A stretch of 63,785 bases of DNA, the filler included, from Sphacelaria rigidula (taxonomy: Eukaryota), in the NCBI GenBank assembly GCA_964200075.2. It is 11 parts of 11 records of this genome, joined end to end, with 100 filler letters (N's around TTAATTAATTAA, not from the genome) between each part and the next. Parts side by side here need not be neighbours in the genome. Positions count along the whole stretch, not along the records: positions 5,809 to 11,516 come from CAXNAA020025086.1; positions 11,617 to 17,324 come from CAXNAA020025087.1; positions 17,425 to 23,132 come from CAXNAA020025088.1; positions 23,233 to 28,940 come from CAXNAA020025089.1; 7 more parts are not named here. One strand, written 5' to 3'. The notes beneath the pieces were generated by a model. It was not told the DNA's origin. It saw only the letters and a program-made list of their open reading frames with translations, and made no database searches. Both the position numbers and the translations under genes were made by a program. Below are positions 11,469-24,720 of this stretch, one piece after another. Each line of letters begins with the position of its first letter. The first letter of the stretch is position 1.

Positions 11469-14400
11469 ACCCACCCCACCCCACCACCACACAACCAAAA
11501 AAACAAACCGAACCGANNNNNNNNNNNNNNNNNNNNNNNNNNNNNNNNNNNNNNNNNNNNTTAATTAATTAANNNNNNNNNNNNNNNNNNNNNNNNNNNN
11601 NNNNNNNNNNNNNNNNGTTCGGCCAGTCGCATGAAGGGTGAGCTGCATCCGGCCAAGATTGTTCGGCCCGAAGCCTACTGATTATCTTGCATTTTGATGA
11701 CAGCCTTCAATGACTTCAATGAGTTTGCTTCATTTTTTGGTATCGCTGCTTCCTTAGACAGCCATCGCTTATACACTGCCTCATGGGTGTCTCAGCATTT
11801 GAGAACTACGTAGTACGTACGATCATCCCCATTGTGCGGAGTTGAGATTATCCCACGCTGCACAACATGATCTAGCTCGATTACCATCATGGTTACCGCA
11901 AAAGGAAACGCAAGCGGGGGAGAAAAACGGTGACTTGGTGATCGAGCTTACGCAGCGAGTGGCGTGTTTTATAGCGTCATCGCCAACCGGAAGGGTTATT
12001 CAGCACGACGAGTAATTCAGCCGCATACTACACCATGACCTACTACTTACTGTATCGGCTTCTTCTCTTAGAAAAAAACTGGGAGCTGCCACCTCAGAGC
12101 CTTTATACACCGGCGAATACACGAAGAGTAGCGTGTCGGCGAAGAGTAATGCGTCGGTGGAGAATGTGACCCCCTCAGCATATATTGATGTGTGCGTGAA
12201 CGTAACCTGTGACTTGAGGCCTACGGACCGTTTCAAGTGTGGGACGAATCATCGCTGTTGTGAATGACCAAGTATACGTTTTCTCAGGCGTGATTGGTCG
12301 AAACAGAGAAAAAAGCTGACCGCGGGTCATATAAGGATCTACGTTTAAATGATCGAGAGATTGAGATAAAGATCGACAGAGAGACGGAGACAGAGACAGA
12401 GACAGAGACAGAGACAAAGACAGAGACAGAGACAGAAACATACACGCACACACAAACACACACACGAACGAGCGAACATGGCCTTGTGTACACTGTAGAT
12501 GAACACACATTTTCATCTTTACCTCTCGTTCAAACGCCAAGTAGTCTTGACGGGTATATAAGGCTGGTTGCACCCGTCCAGAAGGCGATGGAGGGAAGTG
12601 CACGCCCTCTTCAGCACGGACGCGTGCGCAACGTCGAAGCGGAACCCCGCGGCAGCCAGTAGCTTACCCGCCTCGATAGCCTCCGCTTTCCCCTCTTCGG
12701 CCAGGGGCACATCACACCAACCCTGTACGGCAGGAGGGATGTGTATGTGTCATACTCCAGTGTGTGTAGATGTCATTATTCATTCGTGTTATATTCCATA
12801 TTAGCCATACTCCATGTGTGCGTCATATTCCATGTCTAAATGAAGAAACCAACGAAGAGCTCGACTCCGAATTGAACGCAAAACATTTTTCCGTGAAAAA
12901 AAAGACAGTCGTTCGTGCTGTCTTTTCTGGGGAGGCGCGCGGGAGGGGGGTTGGGGGGCGGGCGTACGCATAATCATGCATACCTCAGTCATGAGACCAT
13001 TGACCTCGCATCCCTACAAAGCCGGGACGGAGCACGCCGGTGCCAGGCTCGCGATCAAACACCGAGCGCCAAGCGCCGTGGTGAGTTCGGCGAGTCGCAT
13101 GAAGGGTGAGCATCCTGCTAGCATTGTTCGGCCCGAAGCCTACTGATTATCTTGCATTCGAATGACAGCCTACAATGCGTTGCTTCATTTTCTGGTATCG
13201 CCATTTGTAGAGACAGCCACGGCGTATACACTGCCTCACGAGTGTAATACAATCATCTCCATTGTGCGGAGTTGGGGTTCTCCCACGCCGCACAACATGA
13301 TCTAGCTCGACTACCATCATGGTTACCGGGAAATAAAACGCAAGCGCGCAAAGAAACCTCGGTAACCTGGTTGCCTAGTAAACGCAGTGAGTGGCGTGTT
13401 TTAAAGGGTCATCACCAACCGACGCCAACCCCATCGGGGGGGGGGGGAGGTTCTAAGGCTGTCGTGTCTGCTGTGATGTTTTTTCGACCTCGATTTCCTT
13501 GAGAGACGAGGGCTCTGTAAAAAACGTACGCCTATCGAAGGATCTCGACGAGGATGTCCCAACAAATATATTTATTAGTGTCATGAGGTCTATTTCCAAG
13601 ACAACCGACCTCCAAGAAGAGGAATGGCCACATTCAGGTATTCCAGAGCCCGTTGAGGACAAATCGAGGTATAGCTCTGGCGGTGGAAAAAAGGGTTGCC
13701 TTGAGTACTACCGCCATCTGATTGGCCAAGGGGGCAGAATACTCGATCGCGATTGCAACACCCAGCGGGTGTATCTAAGCTCGTCTACTTTTTCTTCGTG
13801 GAGTAAATGGAAGCTGTCAGTCGCTTGGCACATCTGTCGGCAAAGCCCGGAAATGCTGAGGAGATAGTGAGGAAAAGACAGGCCATGTCGTGACCCGTGA
13901 ACAAAAACATCCCGTCGGACCGTTGATCATAGCGTGCCCCGCCTTCTTTCATTCTTGAAACTTCGAAGCCCGGGGCTCTCACAGCACCGTGCTGACTCGG
14001 CGCTTACCCACGTTTTGTTGTCCCGCTGCGACTTTTGTCGTCGGTCGTAAGCTCTCGGATAGTCTTCCAGAGGTTTTTCGTTTCTTGGGGAGGTTTCTAC
14101 GATCGTTGTCGTCAGAGGCTGCCTGTCTTTCTGGGCCCGACCGATTTTTAATGGCCCGAAACAGGAAGGGCTCTGTGGAAAGGTTTGTCCGTTATTCGGG
14201 GAATGAAATCAGGCATGTTATCATGTCATCATGTTCTGATCATCTCCGGACGACTTTCCTCGAGGAATGCAGTGCTGTACAGGTATTCCAGACCACTCGA
14301 CATGACTCAGGGAAAAGTTTGGCGGGTGTTGATCCAAGACGGGAGCGTCCGCCCCCGTGACATTTACCATGATCTATTCGGTGAACGAACCATTTGCCGC

Positions 14401-17400
14401 TGTACTAATTGTATTCGACAGCTGTTCTGGAGCTGTGAGTACTATCGGTGCTGCTGCTCGGCGGTACTGCCTAGATTGCACGGGAGTCATAATGTTGTGT
14501 GTGCTATCTCCATTGTGGTGTATGCAGCCGTGCATCATTAATGTCTCATCTGTACAGCGAGGTGCAGCGTACTTGACGGAAGGCGTTTTCGAGAAATTCC
14601 TTCCCCGCCGAACGTTGATATCTCCGAAAACAGTATACTCTTGTCCACGAGATGAGCGGAAGAGAATCTACCTGGGAAAACTCTCGCCTCGGAGAGGTTC
14701 CCAAAAGGCTCTCGAGGAACGGTTTATCGAATATTAATATTAACTGGACCAGTCCCTCCTCTTCAATTCCCTCTCCCGAACTCTTCCGAGACATGTTCTC
14801 CTCGCATCATTAGAAGCGGCCTTCACAAATATAAATGCAGTCAGTCATCGATACTTTTTGCCAATGTAATCTATTTGTCACTGTCCAGGCTGTGATCTCG
14901 AGCGTGCCTGAAGTCGAGATATCGAACATAGTAGATTTACTGTATCAAAAGACCGCATCAAACGGACCAAGGATGCATGAACGTGAATTCATACCCCACA
15001 TACCGACCAGTAGATGTGACGGCGGGTGTCACGACGTTTCGAGGAGCAGACGTGTACCTAATGTTTCAGGGCATGCATCATCGCTTACAGACACCTGCAA
15101 CAAAGCGCGAACGCATCCTCAAAACAATGGAGTTGCGCAATCCTTCTGCATACACATCTTCGGCCGCAGCGACCACGCTTGCGTCATGCCAGAAACACTC
15201 CATGATGTCCACATCCCACTCAGATCCGCGAACAAGCTTCAATATGTCACCTCTTTTTCCGTGCTGTACAGTAGAGAAGCAAGGGAATGGAAGACTTGCA
15301 GACCAATCCTCGCGAGGGTACGCACACCCCAGCAAAACACGCGCATTCATATCCATCGCTAGCCCTTGCTTGTCTGCACAAAAGCGGCGTCCGACGGAAA
15401 TCCACACACGGACACTTTATGCGATAGCCCCCTTCCCAAAACCAGCCCACAAATATCACGAAAAAAAGGGTCATACTGCGCCTCGTGTTTGGTTTCGGGT
15501 TGCATGAAGCGCCTCATGTGGGCGGCTTTGGCGAAAACGAAGCCAAGCGTGGGAATTCCCAGCTGCTTGTTGTGCTCGGCTTTTTTCATTCCGATTCACG
15601 TGTAGGTTTTGCATCCCCAAACCAGCCACTTGTGGAGGGGGAGGGGGGGACGGCGGGGGACTATCGTAAAAAGTGTTCACTCAGCGGGAATATCAGGTCC
15701 GCACTGAAAAGTCTTCATTTCCTTCCTCAGTTGGAGATACCGTACTGCTGGTATCGTGTCCCCCGTTGCGGTTTCCAAAGTTCTCTGATGAAAGGAGCCT
15801 GTTTCTGCGCTTCACCTTTTCTGGTGTGCCATGAAGCAGAGCTTTACTGCGCGGATTATTCCATCTCGGAAAAAAGTTGCTCTTCTCTTCCTTTTTTTTC
15901 CTTCGAATCTTGGACTGCCGCTCTTGTTCCCTTTTATTTTTTTCATGTCTTCCCTTCATTATACTCATGTTCCAGTCTCATTCCCGTATCAAGTGTCGCG
16001 TTTTTTTCACCTTGGGTACGTCTGTCTGGTGGCCACGACCGGATGATGACCCGTAGCGAATTAGATCAATCAACGGATCTACTTTCAAAGATAATTGCAG
16101 ATGCCCGTTGTCCCGGTACGCAGGTTGTTGACCTTAGGCCGAATCAAGGTTTTCTTCTTGAACCAGTCTTCAATCCTTTGTACAAATCCCCTGAATCAGG
16201 TTCTTATCGTACAAATTTCAAACGTTTTGCGGTGTTGATGCCTCTTCGTCGCGGTGAGGGTTCTTGTCTGGAAACTTCCCACCCGAGTGGTGCTGCGATA
16301 ACCCCTCCCCCCAAAAGTGACTGGTTTGAGGGAGCAAAATCTTTTACAATGCGAATCGAAACGATCGATGCCGAGCACACCGAACGGCTGGGAACTCCCA
16401 CGGTTGAGATCGGTTTCGCCAATATCGCCCGTGTGAGGCGCTTCATGCATTCTGAGGGCAGCTATCACGCGTCGTATGGATATTTCTTTGTGACAGTTTG
16501 GGGCTGGGTTGGCGACGGGGGGGGGGATATGGCGGCACCACTTATCTGCTTTTTCCAATTCCCGCCTAAAAAGAGGGAGAAACGGGAGTTTCGTGTGAAG
16601 CGGTTTTGGGCCCATGTAATACGTTTCACGTCCCGTCATACGGTGTATCGACAGCGGCGCAAATGCCGAACATCGTAATGATCTCGAAGAACAGTAGAGA
16701 TATACCTACATGCAGTGCGACCGTGCTGTGTGCAATTTGGGGGCTGTGCGTGCCCTAGAGTGCGTGAAACAGGCAGGAATGCTGATTTCCGAGAGGTGCC
16801 CATTTTCCGAATCTGAACATAGAAATGAGCAACGTGGTGGGGAAATGAAGTTGCACAGCTTCTGAAGTTACAGAGAAAATGCGAAATGTGCACGGGTAAC
16901 GTGCAACACAAAATGAGTAATCATCTTATTTTTTTAATCGTTAATCAATGTTCTCATGAGGAGTGCCGTAGCCCTAGTCATACCCTAATCCAATGGGAAG
17001 ACGTACTCTGACGGGGTATCAAAACGGAACGTATGGGATTTGCGCTGTGCCGCCTTCCCTATCGTTTCCTTCGGATCTGGGTTCGAAACTTTGCTGCCCC
17101 CCCCCCCGCGCTTTCCGCCTGGTGATCGAGTACGAGCGTGGTCCGGCGAAAACCCGGCGCGCTCCGTCACGCCTTTGTAGAGATCCGAGGTCAATGGTCT
17201 GATGACCATGGCCAGCATGATTGTGAATACTCCCCCCCCTCCCTTGCTCCGTCTCGAAAGGGATGCGTGGTCAATGGTCAAATGACTAGGGCAAGCAACA
17301 AATGAGTACGCCGACCCCCCCACGNNNNNNNNNNNNNNNNNNNNNNNNNNNNNNNNNNNNNNNNNNNNTTAATTAATTAANNNNNNNNNNNNNNNNNNNN

Positions 17401-17940
17401 NNNNNNNNNNNNNNNNNNNNNNNNAGCTGCAGCATCTACCGCAACGGCTGGTTTCGTGGCGGTTTGATCTGAAGGAAAAGTGGAAAACCCATCAGTCTGT
17501 GTACAGTGAAACAAAAGCTTGTCAAGCCAGAGAAATGTGTGGATTGACTGGAGGTCTAAACCTGTCATACATACGTGAAAGCAAGGGTACCGACGTAGTA
17601 CTCTGGGCAATGCCAGGAAGACCCAAGCTGGCGTTCAATCTCGTTCGCGAACTATTGTATGTACAGTATGTGCTGTCGTGCGAATGACCAAGCATTCGAA
17701 TCTTGAAAACTTGGAATGAGACAGTGGAAAGACAGGGAAACTTATCCGGTCAAGGACGAGTGCATGATACACTGTAGAGAAAGAAGTGTTATACACTCAA
17801 ATAATGCGCCTACGATCAAACATACGATAGGCGGCCGTCAGTGCCACGTGCACGGTGACTTCACGCGTTACACGACAAATCAAAACACCTTCAACCCTGG
17901 TGTGAGCCGCGATATGCATTGAATGATAGGGTTAAATTCG

Positions 17941-18212
17941 AACGTGACACGTGTCAATGTCACGTTACATAATACGTGACACGTAACAATGCCACGTTAC
18001 ATCATACGTGATACGTGACAATGTCACGTGACATATAACGAAACGTCACGTTAAATTTTTTCAACGTGATTAACGTCACGTTCACGTCACGTTAAAATTT
18101 CCAGATGGCACGTCCACGTAACGTTACATTTTCCGAACGTGACACGCGTCACGTGTCACGTCACGTTAAATTTTACGAACGTGATTCACGTCACGTTCAC
18201 GCGTCACGTGTC
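17941..18212. repeat. ACGT-dense degenerate repeat array
   Basis: About 27 ACGT cores in ~270 bp by manual count. Confidence 0.9.
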
Positions 18213-18399
18213 CCTCCCTTAAAAAAATACCCTCCTTTTGCCTGACGCGCCTCTATCTCATTATCGAACAAGAAAACCGAATGATGAGGATAATTGGAGG
18301 GCACAGTGGACTGGCTCCGACTCGACAACCATCACAGCATTCAAAGAAGCTGAGCACTCAGTATCCACGTAGCTGCCACCACCGTTCCCCAAAACCAAC

Positions 18400-18611
18400 C
18401 TGAGGTGATCATCAGCATGGCTAGACATCTTCATGGCTGCAATATCGCCGCTTACTCTTTCCACGCTATTACCGCCTGCTGTACTGCTGCTTGAAGCCTC
18501 CACACCGTCCGCACTTTCTGCATCTGCAACAGCCCGAGCGGTACCCTCAGCGGCAGCTACAGCTGCTTCCAACTCGGTTGCCTTCGCTCCCACCTCTTTC
18601 ACGGAGTCACC
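18400..18611 (-). CDS. Probable next exon of the same coiled-coil gene (alternative GTAAGC donor would end it at 18456)
   Basis: TTTTACAG acceptor, phase 0. Encodes the Ala/Glu-rich helix GDSVKEVGAKATELEAAVAAAEGTARAVADAESADG. Confidence 0.45.
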
Positions 18612-18730
18612 CTGTAAAATTGACAGTGCAAAAAGATACCAGGATAGCAAACGGGCAGCAGAGAACTAGAGAATAAAAAATCGAAAATGAACAATCGAAA
18701 AGATCGAAAAAGTGTAACAATGAAAATAAT

Positions 18731-18986
18731 CACGGGTAGGACAGATCATCACGACTCAAAATCACCAAATTCACGATTTGTTCGGCCCAATTGCCCGAAA
18801 GGGAGAAAAACGTTGATCGCTGGTGCAAGGGGTATCCACGCAACTTTTGCACCATTCCACGTGTCTGGGCTGCGTGTACCGGGGTTGCAACGCTAAAATG
18901 AAGCCTAGGGATTGATTCGTCACGAGTCGACTCATGATACTAAAACCAAGTAATTTCCTGACAAGTCATTATTTGTCCGACCCTTG
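18731..18986. mobile_element. hAT-type MITE, copy 2
   Basis: 8-bp TSD AAAATAAT. TIRs CACGGGTAGGACAGAT and ATTTGTCCGACCCTTG. Confidence 0.92.
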
Positions 18987-19531
18987 AAAATAATACACAA
19001 CGATAGAAATAATGAAACCACAGAAAAAAAAAAGGAATAAAAAGGCAAGAGAAACATGAAAAGTACTCCAAGGCACAAATTGAAAACAACAAAAAATAAA
19101 TCCAAAGAGAAACACGAGAACGCAACGGCGGGGATGTGGGGGGCGGGGGGCGACAGCAGAGAGCACACAGACACATATACACCGCCACACTGTAGCATAC
19201 ACACGAGTGAACCGAGGGCAAGAAACACCACACCCTGGACAATAAATCCCGTTGTGAAAAATGTACTGCGCACAGTATGAAATATATTATCTGCTGCAGT
19301 GAGCGGAATAGTCGATACTGTACGCAGTACACTTTTTGACCGTGCATTCGTTTGTCGAAGGGGTGAAAACCACGGCTGTTTTCGCAGAATTGTGTAGTTC
19401 GTCGGGATCTGGGACACAATGCGCTCACGAGTAGCTACTCCTGCCCACGAGAAATAGAAGGCGGAAAAATACATGAGACGCTCGCGCTAAACACCCTCGC
19501 GAAATCGTCCTATAGAGACTTCACACACTAC

Positions 19532-19649
19532 CTTCAAGGCTGACATGAGCGTCTGGTTGGCGAGAACGCGTCTCTTGAGTGATGCCAGTAAACGCTCCTT
19601 CTTACGGCATTCCGTGGCCGCTGCAGACGCCTCCGTTAGCGCACAGCAC
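19532..19649 (-). CDS. Probable internal exon of an unidentified coiled-coil protein
   Basis: Pyrimidine tract, AAG acceptor and GTAGTG donor. Encodes CCALTEASAAATECRKKERLLASLKRRVLANQTLMSALK and ends in phase 0, compatible with the exon at 18611. Confidence 0.45.
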
Positions 19650-21577
19650 CTTTCAAGAAGCAACAGGAAACACAAATAGAAGAGGAAAAAGAAGAGTCAA
19701 TATCTGTGAGCTCCAGAGTTATACCTACGAAACAAATACCAGCTTATTTCTGTCGAAGCTGAAGCTTGCTTCCGAACAGTTTGCGTAAATAAAAACGGGG
19801 GGAAAGACGAAGCATGGAGCGTCCCACATCGAAGCCATGATTTCAAATCAACATAACGAGTGTTCCAACAACTGAGATATACTTCAGGCACCTCACGGAA
19901 AAGTTCACGTCATCGATGAATTACCTTCATCCTCATGGAACCGTTGATGGAAAATTGACCATTTACATTAGACGTTTTTTCGGGCAAGATATGGTTGTTG
20001 TTCCACAGTCTTTGAGCAAACGATTCGCCCAAAGCGTGTTTTTCAGACCCGTTCGAATGGAACGTCGGAGAAAAGAAGGTTCGAAGGTTCTCTATTTTAC
20101 GGGTACGACGAATTGTTCGACTCGTCGGTGTTTTCCAACCTCGGCCAGAGTGCACGGCTGACTTTCGGTAAAGCAATCTTCACGCCGCACCTGCATTAAA
20201 TGCTTTGCACCGTATCATAGAAAGCCTGCGCCTAAGTTGAAATAACAAAGGCGACACCGACGGCACATTTACCTCACATATGCCCCTGTCTGCTGTCGGT
20301 ATCAGTCACAGTCAGGCCCTGTGAGGATGTGTTCACCTTCTCCTCTGCACTGCGTGTGATGATGATATTTTCAGCTCATGTCAAGGGTAAACTCGCGCCA
20401 TGCACGCTACTATACTCTGTCGTACGCGTTTATACGGCACCAAACTGCGGTTTGATCATCCCACGACGGCGACGAGGATGTCATGTACCCCGCCGTTATA
20501 CATACTCCTGGTGCAGCGTAGGCGGGGGCCCTTACTTTGACATATCCGATACAGGCCGTCATTTTGTAGGCTGTGATCTTACGGCATATCTCATCCTGCG
20601 CTTTGTGCTGTACGTTCCCACGAAACCACCTCTGTACTGGGGGTTGGTCATGTCTGAACGTTGCACAGCCGCGTGAGGTGTATTACTCCGGCTGGCGCTA
20701 TCGCGTTTGGACCGTCTGTCCGCGTGGGCGGCGTCGGGGTTTTTCATGCAATGATGTTGCATACCTTCTGTCTTCTGGTATGGAAGACCGTTGCATCGCT
20801 TTTTAGTTATACTGGACTGTAGTGAAGTGTATTTAATGACTGTATTTGAACAGTAGTTGGGTTGGGCTGGTTGCGAAAGGCCGTCCCGGTCGGTTGTCGA
20901 CCGTTTGCTAGTATATCGCCCGTCTGGACGCTTGCAATCACGTCCGCCTGGTGTTTCCTACATAATCCTGCGTGCCTCTCAGCGTTTTCACTTTCCGCGG
21001 TTACTACGTTGACGTTAGGTAAGCGAGCGGGGGGGGAGCGGTGTGCGCCGGGGGGCAATGGGCTACCCCAACCGCTCTTGCAGCCTTTTCAGCGAAAAGC
21101 CTGGCAGCGTCTTGGCCGTGCTTCTCAGCCACCTCTTGCAGCTGAACGTGAATTGCATATGGGTTGCTCTTCAGCGCTTCCACGTGTGGCGACGGTATTT
21201 CCACGTGCTCCGCCATATCGATGTCGCCGGCCGTATAGTGTGGCTTCCTACGCTCGCCAAGGGTTGATGATTCAGCCCACCAAAATGGTGCACTACTTTA
21301 AGTTCAAGTATACTCGTGCGCCAGTCTAACTTCAAGTATATTAATGTGACATATTCGTGCACCGAACTCGAATTGACGTATTTCACGGATTCTACTGACA
21401 AAAATTACATATATAGGAGTTTGTACTGTTTTGCGAGAGTTTTGTCGATGCACACAATTGGACACGCTTCGCCCGTCGCGTGATATCATTGGACAAACCC
21501 CAACCCGATCGCTCCGGGGGGTTTCATTTTCGGTGCAGCCTTAGCGTGTGCGCCTGGAGTCTTCTTTGGTCCTCAAC

Positions 21578-21715
21578 AGAAAAAATGGTTGCCGTCGGTC
21601 TTTTCTGTTTCCATCTTTTCTTGTTTGTCAGGGCTTCTCATAATGAGGCGTCTGGCCCGGGGACGGGAGGGGAGGGTTCCAGAAGGATTAACCCGAAAAA
21701 CGATACCGAGGGTAG
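21578..21715. repeat. Interspersed repeat (second copy 28364-28478)
   Basis: Shared AAAAATGGTTG..TAATGAGGCGTCTGG..GGGAGGGGA.GGTTCC. Confidence 0.75.
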
Positions 21716-22603
21716 GTATCCAGGGTAGCGAAAAAAAATCGAAATGGATCATACATATCACTTGAGCTTGAAAAATTGAGACAAAAAAAAAACGAAAATA
21801 AAGGAAACGTGCAAGGGCGCCCGTGGACTATGGCCCAAATGATACGTGGAAATTATTGCTGAATACACCATGTACCAACCAAGATACAGCGCACCTACTC
21901 AACGGTGTACTCCACGACACCAAATCGATCGGTCAAAACCTTCCCTATTGGGCATCAGTACTCACCGACCATAGCCACAACCTGAAGTACGCCGTGCGCT
22001 CTGGTTGGTCATCGAGACATCTTCATACTTTCACACTATCCTTGGACACCGAGTTTGGCCTCTGGTGACGGTACCCGTTTGTACCCGCTGGTAGTGGCCT
22101 CGTATAAGAATCAATATACAATAGTGGGCGGTCTAACCATTCATTTTGTGGAATTTTTTTCCATCATTGGCGATTTTCCCGGGCTTTTTTCGCTTGCCAC
22201 CGCTCATCACATTGGGAATCTGACGATATTTGTATCCGCTCCACGTTCCAAAAAAAACATATGAACACCATATTGAGTGACTTACAGGCTGACCGGTCAT
22301 CGGGGGTCCTGCCACGTGTCAGTCTAGATTCTTACTCTTCGGTATTTCCGGTCGATCGAGCCTGTCTTGCTCATTTTTGGGAATAAATGTACAGTTTTGA
22401 TTCTTGAAATGCCATCTACTCATTGGACTGGAGCCGAAAAAATGTGTTTCACGGTCAATAACACCCTCCTCATGAACGGGGTATTCACTCGTATCGCCCG
22501 ATAACACCAACTCACATTGACTCGGGCACTGTGTTTCGAGGATGATCAGTTTGGTGTAACAAAATCTACCGACGCCGGCAATTTCGAGCTCTATTGAAGA
22601 GGA

Positions 22604-22913
22604 GTTTTGTTCTTTGCCTCACACTTTGAACCCCTCCCCTTCCTCGGGATGAGTCCGTGGTCGCATTGGATCAACCAATCTCTCCACAGGTACGTGCTTT
22701 TCATTTTGGTCTCGCGGATTGGATCAGCACTCCCGCACCACGTCAACTCACGTCACACAAACTCAGTCGACTACTTTTGTTTACTCACGTTCTCACGCTT
22801 TCCACGGTGAAAATCATACATTACGAAGAAAAAACCCGACGCATCGGGAATCGAACCCCCGTTCGCTCCACCCTAATGGCGACAGTCGGACCATCACACC
22901 ACCGCGGCGCGGC
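22604..22913 (-). mobile_element. tRNA-derived SINE family S2
   Basis: A box TGGTGTGATGG and B box GGTTCGATTCC. Body homologous to 55420-57117. Confidence 0.82.
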
Positions 22914-23581
22914 AGTTAGTACGAAACGAAAACCCCAAAACACCCCAGAATAGTTGGACCGCCCACTGCTGTACACGGGCGTTTGCTGAATTGAATGCAA
23001 GAACACGATACCTGCTTCAGTTCTCAACTCTTCGACTGTTCAAAAGCCACGGCCAGAACAAATATCCGGGGGGGGAGGGGGGGGGGGGGGGGGGCCCCCT
23101 TTTTTGCTTGCCTTACTCCTTTGGCTCTTTACNNNNNNNNNNNNNNNNNNNNNNNNNNNNNNNNNNNNNNNNNNNNTTAATTAATTAANNNNNNNNNNNN
23201 NNNNNNNNNNNNNNNNNNNNNNNNNNNNNNNNGGGGCGTACTCATTTGTTGCTTGCCTTAGTCATTTGACCATTGACCACGCATCCCTTTCGAGACGGAG
23301 CACCGCCGGAGGGGGCACCACCGGAGGGGACGGAGCACGTCACAAACAACGGTTCCGACAATGATGATATGAGCCAGAGGCCCAAAGGCTCTCGCACCTG
23401 TTACGTACGTACGGATCTCCTGGCTCCTGTACTGTAACCTGAGTAACCGCTAGGTTAGCGTTAGGTAACCGTTAGTAGGGCATGGTTGTACAAGAGCTCC
23501 ATACTGCCGGACCGCCACGTTCACGGGAGAACTCTGGTCTGCCTCCCGGCTCGAGACCAACAACCCTTGCCCTACCTAACA

Positions 23582-23633
<52 letters not shown>

Positions 23634-24720
23634 GCTGGCATTGGAGTACGTTCGGCAGGAAGACTAAAATATGACAGCAGCCTTCGGCAGGGAGGAACCC
23701 AAGAATCCATATCTTTTTAGCAGATAACGTACTCACACCGCAGCAGGAACGTTCAAGCATACGTGTATCTACGGTGCGTGGCGAGCACCAGTGCGGAACG
23801 AACCCACTATATTTGCTCGTCCGAATGTTAGTGGTTAGGCAAAAGAGTGTACCCTGAAACAAAAAACGAAAACTGAAATGGCGACAATAATGCCGACTAT
23901 TGCAGAGAGGGCAACATCACCAACGTCGACATCAACGACTGCTTGATACATCAGGATACTGTCTGTAGCCAACTTTTTGACATCATTAGGGTGCTGTAGC
24001 CAAAAATACTTGATTGATATTATCGGGATACTGCAGCCGAGTAACTCCGCCACGACGCTATGAAGAGCAGTTGACAGATCAACATCGGCGGTCTGAACCA
24101 GAGGACGCGGGGCAAGGATGGATTGACTTGCGTATCCCAGTTGACGCAGTTTTATTTATTTATTTATTTTTATTGTGTATGAACAGCATGGGTTCGATGG
24201 TCTCGACTCCCCCTCCAGTATTATCTCGCTCTCCTTCGTTTCTGCTTCTCTTATAATAGCTGAATATATAATCGCTGCCTGCCAAAATATCTGACGCCCA
24301 TCATTTGCTGAGCTACACCAGTGATCTTAGCCATCGTGCATCCCCCGCGAGTCGCGACGACACAGCACTACACACCACTAGTGTTTCCACCTGTGCGGGA
24401 GAGAGAGTAACTCAAGGAGGGGACCCAAGCTTCATCGGACAAGTTTCCTTGATGCGTACGCGAAAGGAACTGGACGAGTATATCAGCACTTAGGACAAGA
24501 GACAGCGGTACACGCAACTGCCTGGAAGGAGGATGGTGCAACAGCTAGAGAGCAGCAAGCTCTACATCAGGGGCGAAGACGGGGAATTTCACCTCGTAAA
24601 CGGTACAGGAATCCAACCTGTGAGACTTGAAAACGGTACTTTTCCGTGCTCCGCTTAAATCACTACATCGGCAACGGGCGATCGATGCGGCATCGAGACC
24701 ATCAAGTTAAGATCAGAAAG

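Noticed and set aside
15485..16678. 397-aa ORF on the + strand
   Set aside because: No recognisable domain. It runs through a T-rich decayed RTE 3' UTR, which explains the Phe/Ser-rich open frame.
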